A stretch of DNA of 61,169 nt from a virus. Its lineage: Duplodnaviria; Caudoviricetes. The stretch lies in the IMG/VR virus record IMGVR_UViG_3300046758_000288, positions 1 through 61,169 of that record; one strand, given 5' to 3'. Position numbers and translations under genes: made by a program. Positions 56,127 through 61,169 of this stretch are shown here, in pieces. A model generated the notes under the pieces. It had not been told where the DNA came from and did no database searches. It was given only the letters and a program-made list of their open reading frames with translations. Numbering within the stretch: position 1 is the first letter of the stretch; every line of letters starts with the position of its first letter.

Positions 56127-56313
56127 ACATCGTATGTACGAATTAGAAAAGTGGAAGAACGGTAAAATCGTTGAAAGACATATTGTCCTTGCCACACCCA
56201 AAAAAGCAACGTGGTATGCTTTACAAGGATGGGACGTATTTGATTACCACAAGAACTTAGATATGGAGCCAGAATATTATGAAACTGAAGGACTTTCAAT
56301 TATTGGAAACTGA
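56119..56313 (+). CDS. Hypothetical protein
   Basis: Coupled ORF. Confidence 0.55.
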   Translation: MIEHRMYELEKWKNGKIVERHIVLATPKKATWYALQGWDVFDYHKNLDMEPEYYETEGLSIIGN

Positions 56314-56563
56314 TGTACCAAAAGGTGTACAAGCTATTGTTAACTTTGGTAAGTATGAACTTAGCATCGTTAACAACGAAGCGTCATACGGCAACAAACA
56401 GGGCTTGTTTGAAATTGCTGTATTCAAAGATGGTGAACAAACCGAACTTCCTGGTATTACCCAGCCTGGTGATACAGTAAAAGGCTTCTTGACAAGTGAA
56501 GAAGTTGATGCTATACTAACTAAAATGTACACAATAACAGGCAAAGAAGGCAAACAGATATGA
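56279..56563 (+). CDS. Conserved phage hypothetical protein
   Basis: SYGNKQGLFEIAV, VKGFLT. Confidence 0.65.
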   Translation: MKLKDFQLLETDVPKGVQAIVNFGKYELSIVNNEASYGNKQGLFEIAVFKDGEQTELPGITQPGDTVKGFLTSEEVDAILTKMYTITGKEGKQI

Positions 56564-57867
56564 GAACACAACCACAGGACATTATTGCACGTTTAGAAGC
56601 AGACAATAGTCGACTTGCAAAAGAAGCAATTCTAAAAGAAGCACACGAGGAAGGACTTCCAGAGTTCTTTGAAGGTCTTACAATGGCCCTTGACCCACTT
56701 GTTACATTTGGAGTTAAGCAAGTGCCTGAACGTTCAGATGTACTAAGTGGTCAAGGTCTTGAATGGCCCGTGTTCAAAGAATTGTGCCGTAAGTTACAAG
56801 ACCGTAGCCTTACTGGTCACGCCGCTCGTGATGCAATTATTTTGTGTAAAGATACTGCTACTGAAGAACAATGGAACGGATGGTACCGTAGGATTCTTAT
56901 CAAGGATTTGCGTTGCGGCGTTTCAGAAAAAACTGTAAACAAGATTGCACCAGGTACAGTACCTATGTTTACTTGTAGTCTAGCACATGACTCTGCTAAC
57001 CACGAAAAGAAGATGGTTGGTAAAAAGCAAATTGAAATTAAACTAGACGGTGTTCGTGTACTTACAGTTATTCAAGGTGATAAGGTTGAGATGTTTAGTC
57101 GTAACGGTAAACAGTTTCACAACTTTGGTCACATCATTGCAGAGATTGAAGCAGTAATTAAAGAACACCCTGTGCCTTATCCGCTTGTACTAGACGGAGA
57201 AGTAATGAGTGCTAACTTCCAAGACCTTATGAAGCAAGTGCATCGTAAAGACGGTAAGCAATCAACTGATGCTGTACTACACTTGTTTGATACTATTCCA
57301 TTAGGTTGTTTCAAAGCAGGTAGTTGGGACAAGCCACAGAGCTTTAGGAGCCTTATTACTAACCATTGGGTACGTGATCATCAAGACGCCTTAGCGCACG
57401 TACAAGCGTTGGATTGGGAAGATGTTGACTTGGACACACCCGAAGGTCAAGAACGCTTTGTAGCGTTAAATAAAGCGGCTGTAGACGGTGGTTATGAAGG
57501 TGTTATGATTAAGGACACTGATGCACCATACGAATGTAAGCGTACACACGCTTGGCTAAAGGCAAAACCATTTATAGAAGTAACATTGGAGGTAGTAGAT
57601 GTTGAAGAAGGTACTGGCCGTAATGAAGGCAGACTTGGAGCGATTGTCTGCAACGGAGTCGACGACGGTAAGACTATTAGCGTTAATGTCGGTAGTGGCT
57701 TCACTGATGTTCATAGGGACGACTATTGGAATAATCGTGATGCTCTTATTGGCAATCTTGTAGAGGTGCGAGCAGATGCAATTACACAAAATCAAGACGG
57801 TACTTACTCGCTTCGTTTCCCAAGGTTCAAAACCTTCCGAGGATTCGAAGTTGGTGAAAAAGTCTAA
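56560..57867 (+). CDS. lig: ATP-dependent DNA ligase
   Basis: EIKLDGVR, SRNGK, LDGEV, EGVMIK, WLKAKP, VGSGF, SLRFPRF. Confidence 0.95.
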   Translation: MRTQPQDIIARLEADNSRLAKEAILKEAHEEGLPEFFEGLTMALDPLVTFGVKQVPERSDVLSGQGLEWPVFKELCRKLQDRSLTGHAARDAIILCKDTATEEQWNGWYRRILIKDLRCGVSEKTVNKIAPGTVPMFTCSLAHDSANHEKKMVGKKQIEIKLDGVRVLTVIQGDKVEMFSRNGKQFHNFGHIIAEIEAVIKEHPVPYPLVLDGEVMSANFQDLMKQVHRKDGKQSTDAVLHLFDTIPLGCFKAGSWDKPQSFRSLITNHWVRDHQDALAHVQALDWEDVDLDTPEGQERFVALNKAAVDGGYEGVMIKDTDAPYECKRTHAWLKAKPFIEVTLEVVDVEEGTGRNEGRLGAIVCNGVDDGKTISVNVGSGFTDVHRDDYWNNRDALIGNLVEVRADAITQNQDGTYSLRFPRFKTFRGFEVGEKV

Positions 57868-57929
57868 AATACAAAGATACACCAAGAGCAAGGCAAACGA
57901 AAATGCTCGTTGCGTATGGGACTTAGAGC

Positions 57930-58169
57930 ATGAAGGCTGAATATGTTCTCTACAAGTTTAACATGGCTGATGTAGAAGATCCCGACATCTATGCCGCCGC
58001 ACCATTATACGAATGGCAACAAACACCAGAGGGAAAATGGTGTATGGAATATGCCGAAGATCCTAAGTATCATATTGCTGTAGATGACCACTCATATGGA
58101 TACATAGTTACCGTTACAGGAACACTCAAAGACAAGTACGCAACATACTATGCTCTCAAAAAGCCTTGA
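57930..58169 (+). CDS. Hypothetical protein
   Basis: DVEDPDIYAA. Confidence 0.65.
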   Translation: MKAEYVLYKFNMADVEDPDIYAAAPLYEWQQTPEGKWCMEYAEDPKYHIAVDDHSYGYIVTVTGTLKDKYATYYALKKP

Positions 58170-58229
58170 CTTTTTTAAAACTTGGCTATATACTAAAAAT
58201 AATTGTTAATTGCTGTTAGGAGATAACAA

Positions 58230-59519
58230 ATGGCACTGCCAAAGACAAAACGTAAAAAGCCTAGAGCCGCACCCCGTATTCAACGAGGAGCAAAACTTAC
58301 AGAACCAAGTTGGGAAGGCTGGGAAGAGTGGGACGGACAGACAATTCAACGGCATCGCCGATCTACACATGAATTTTATTACGAACATTTTAAGCCTGCA
58401 GACTTATATGGTTATGTCCCGGAGTGGATGGAAGCAAACGATTATTCAAAAGAAGAAATTTCTGCACTAAAGGCAGCCCCTAATCATGTGTTAAGTATTA
58501 CAGCAAGTATTGTTGCACGTATGGATATGAAAGGTGCGCCTCGTTACAGTAAGAAAGAAGCAGAATACTGGCATTCACTTCCTGGTACATCAGGTGAGCT
58601 AAAAAGTACAACAATATTTTTAGAAAAACGTGTAAAAGAGGCAATCGAAGCAGGTAGAAAAGCCGCACTAGAAAAGAAGGAAGTTGAAGTAGAAAAGAAA
58701 AAAGTATATGTTCCAACTATTCAAGAACGTATACGAGATCAATCAATTGCAATGTCTGAAGGAATTGATGAATGGCTAGAAGGTTGGATAGAAAACCCAA
58801 AGTCATTTGATCCTAAAGGATTTGATATCAAAGCACACTTTAAAAAAGTACAGCCTACACAAGCACACGCTCGTAAGATGCGTACAATGTGGGAAATGGA
58901 ATTAGTAGATTTTGACGATTTAGAGCGTATGCCAACAAAAGGACAGTTGTCTAAAATGAGCGAATTAGATGCTGATTTGTGGGCACAGCTCAAAGAAGGT
59001 TACTCACATCTTAAAAAAGCAGACATCGCTAAAAAGCGAAAAGCAATTGATTCTATAAATGCAGAATTAGACTTTATTATTGAACAAGCAAAGGCAACAC
59101 GTAAGCCACGTAAGCCTAAGCAACGTTCAGCAAGCAAAGTAGTGGAGAAACTAAAGTACAACAAAGCAGATTCTAAATATTCACTTGCATCAATTGATCC
59201 TACACTTATTGTAGGCGCAAACGAGCTTTGGGTGTTTAATGTTAAGACACGTAAACTAGGAAAGTATATTGCAAGTAATATTGATCCTAAAGGTCTGCAA
59301 CGTGATGGTACAGGTCTAAGTGTTAAAGGCACAACTATTATTGGGTTTGACGAAACAGCAAGTATACAAAAAACATTGCGTAAGCCTGCAGACCAGTTAA
59401 AAGACTTTAAATCATCAGGTAAAGTTGCTTTGCGTAAATTCTTAGATGAGATACCTACTACAGACACAAAACTTAATGGTCGATGTAATCCTGACACAGT
59501 ACTTCTCAAGGTAGTCTGA
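58230..59519 (+). CDS. Conserved phage hypothetical protein
   Basis: AGGAG RBS; LWVFNVKTRKL, VKGTTI, KTLRKP. Confidence 0.75.
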   Translation: MALPKTKRKKPRAAPRIQRGAKLTEPSWEGWEEWDGQTIQRHRRSTHEFYYEHFKPADLYGYVPEWMEANDYSKEEISALKAAPNHVLSITASIVARMDMKGAPRYSKKEAEYWHSLPGTSGELKSTTIFLEKRVKEAIEAGRKAALEKKEVEVEKKKVYVPTIQERIRDQSIAMSEGIDEWLEGWIENPKSFDPKGFDIKAHFKKVQPTQAHARKMRTMWEMELVDFDDLERMPTKGQLSKMSELDADLWAQLKEGYSHLKKADIAKKRKAIDSINAELDFIIEQAKATRKPRKPKQRSASKVVEKLKYNKADSKYSLASIDPTLIVGANELWVFNVKTRKLGKYIASNIDPKGLQRDGTGLSVKGTTIIGFDETASIQKTLRKPADQLKDFKSSGKVALRKFLDEIPTTDTKLNGRCNPDTVLLKVV

Positions 59520-59549
59520 TAAATACTGTATAACGAACAGGAACCTCAG

Positions 59550-60638
59550 ATGACCATACGTGATAGTTTAAATAATGTTGCAAATGCAATAGAAGAATTA
59601 CAAAATAAACCTGCACCAAGGGTTGAAATTGCCGATAGAGAACTTAGCGGTAATAAGATACACGGTGGGAGAATCACAAAGTTCTCTAGTCAGGGTATAG
59701 TAGACAATGCTACAGAACAACTTCTTAAAGTTGAAAATGATGGCATCCATATAAGTGTTATACACACTGCTACATTAAAAGGACCTGTAAGCGTTGAAGG
59801 TAATTTAAATGTAACTGGTGAAATACATGCTACAAAGTTGTTTGTTGATGAGATACAAGCAGATGTGCGTAATAAACGTTCTGAGCCGTTGTCATTTACT
59901 ACCGAAGATAATAACGGAGTTGCATATAGTAAGGGGCTTTTATGGCCTGGAGGCGATTATACTAAGCAGTTTGTTTTACAGCAACGTCCGGATAGATTCT
60001 TTTCAACAGAAAGTATCGAAGTTGCCTCAGATAAGTTCTTTATGGTTGGTCAAAATGAAGTACTTAACAGCAACACATTAGGATCTACAGTAGTAAACAG
60101 TAGCCTACGTACTCTTGGTACGTTATCTAAACTAAATGTAGAAGGTCCTCTTAACGTAGATGATTTTGTAATTTATGATGCTAATATGCAACGACTTGGT
60201 ATTGGCACAGACGAACCCAATGGCACACTGTCTATTGAAAATTTTGATAACGAATTTATAATTGACAGTAATAACGAAAATGAATTTGTTATTGGCGCAT
60301 ATACTAACACTTCAGTTAATATTATTACTGATAATACTGAACGTGTAACAGTTACTCAAGCAGGAACTTTGATTGTACGCAACAAAGCATTATTTAAAGG
60401 TAAGATCGGAGTAGGAGTAACAAACTTTGCTGAAGATGCTGATATTACAACAGCTGGACCAGTAAGGTTCCAAAATAAAAAGTTTGAAGTTAATGACAAT
60501 ATACCCGGTAGTGGACAATACCACAAAGGAGATATTGTTTGGAATAGTGACCCATCTCCATCAGGTTACGTTGGTTGGATTTGTATTAAGACCGGCACAC
60601 CAGGAGAATGGAAATCATTTGGTCCAATTTCAGCTTAA
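59550..60638 (+). CDS. Virion structural/fibre-like protein
   Basis: TAAATA upstream; RLGIGTDEP, KIGVG, KGDIVWNS..GWIC..GTPGEW. Confidence 0.7.
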   Translation: MTIRDSLNNVANAIEELQNKPAPRVEIADRELSGNKIHGGRITKFSSQGIVDNATEQLLKVENDGIHISVIHTATLKGPVSVEGNLNVTGEIHATKLFVDEIQADVRNKRSEPLSFTTEDNNGVAYSKGLLWPGGDYTKQFVLQQRPDRFFSTESIEVASDKFFMVGQNEVLNSNTLGSTVVNSSLRTLGTLSKLNVEGPLNVDDFVIYDANMQRLGIGTDEPNGTLSIENFDNEFIIDSNNENEFVIGAYTNTSVNIITDNTERVTVTQAGTLIVRNKALFKGKIGVGVTNFAEDADITTAGPVRFQNKKFEVNDNIPGSGQYHKGDIVWNSDPSPSGYVGWICIKTGTPGEWKSFGPISA

Positions 60639-60738
60639 ATCTGTATATAATAATTTACTAAAAACTCTTAAATACTGTTGTACACTTAGTACAACGGAGT
60701 TTGTCACGAGCCTCCGATAACAAAAGGCAGGAAAAATA

Positions 60739-61065
60739 ATGAACAAAGAACAGGCTGAACAGGCAAAAAAACAACATGACATAGAAGCACAAGTAGAACG
60801 TTGGGATATGTTCGCACGATTAGTTCCAACATTATTCTTACTAATTAACGTAATGCTAGTAGCAACTAACGTAATTGACTTTAAAACAGCATTTTGGACA
60901 GGGCTTGGTCTATTTGCAATGACAGCAGTTACCTGGTGGTTTTGGACCATTTATACTATTAAATTATTAGTAAAAACTTTAACTAGAGCAAGTAAAAACT
61001 TAGGCGAAGTAAGAGAAGAATTTAAAAAAGTTAGTAAGGAAGTTGAGGCATTAAGAAATGAATAA
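60739..61065 (+). CDS. Membrane protein (2 TM + coiled coil)
   Basis: Hydrophobic helices. Confidence 0.65.
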   Translation: MNKEQAEQAKKQHDIEAQVERWDMFARLVPTLFLLINVMLVATNVIDFKTAFWTGLGLFAMTAVTWWFWTIYTIKLLVKTLTRASKNLGEVREEFKKVSKEVEALRNE

Positions 61066-61169
61066 TAGTAGATATAAGATAATAAAGGCGGCTACGAATG
61101 TCGTAAGTGGACTTAGTATGGTAACACTAATTACACTAGGTGTTATGTATATGAGTTTTGACAATGCTT
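61058..61169 (+). CDS. N-terminus of a membrane protein, truncated by window edge
   Basis: MNNSRYKIIKAATNVVSGLSMVTLITLGVMYM.. Confidence 0.5.
   Translation, partial: MNNSRYKIIKAATNVVSGLSMVTLITLGVMYMSFDNA

Noticed and set aside
334-60950. Many antisense and alternate-frame ORFs of 60-170 aa inside long genes
   Set aside because: No RBS or motifs; expected shadows of the coding strand.
1-61169. Stop-codon reassignment
   Set aside because: Conserved genes are full length in code 11 and end in TAA, TAG or TGA; no suppressor tRNA (the Ser tRNA loop reads ACT in register, not CTA).
1-61169. Bacterial chromosome or prophage origin
   Set aside because: Host-like genes are isolated among phage hypotheticals with TAAATA late promoters; no integrase, att site or bacterial operon context.

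Overview
AT-rich, gene-dense segment of a large lytic tailed-phage genome, almost all on the + strand and in the standard genetic code. It looks like a T4-like/jumbo myovirus (inference): many perfect sigma70 TTGACA-N16..18 promoters plus a TAAATA late-promoter motif. The host is probably a marine alphaproteobacterium, inferred from a two-piece tmRNA, a ROSE thermometer and a Rhodobacter-type porin. Contents: virion/head proteins; nucleotide metabolism (prs, nrdAB, grx, guaC); DNA ligase and nucleases; proteostasis (groEL, hsp20, clpS, clpP); translation functions (bS21, IF-1, TilS, tmRNA, 7 tRNAs, an ArfA-like peptide); a heme oxygenase + bilin reductase cassette; and a CsgF-CsgG-curlin-FecR-CHASE2/adenylate cyclase locus. 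Best candidate for an undescribed system: a ribosome-coupled transcription attenuator (55024-55156) whose leader peptide carries Gln, Trp and Cys codons and whose terminator abuts tRNA-Trp, tRNA-Gln and tRNA-Cys, i.e. a possible sensor that switches on replacement tRNAs when host tRNAs are depleted. Other highlights: the curli-cyclase locus with a divergent Fis-type regulator, a probable -1 frameshift at an A10 run, a tRNA-Ser with a rare ACU anticodon, leaderless late genes, and a putatively head-packaged nucleotidyltransferase/ligase pair. All family calls come from motif recognition by eye; no searches were run.
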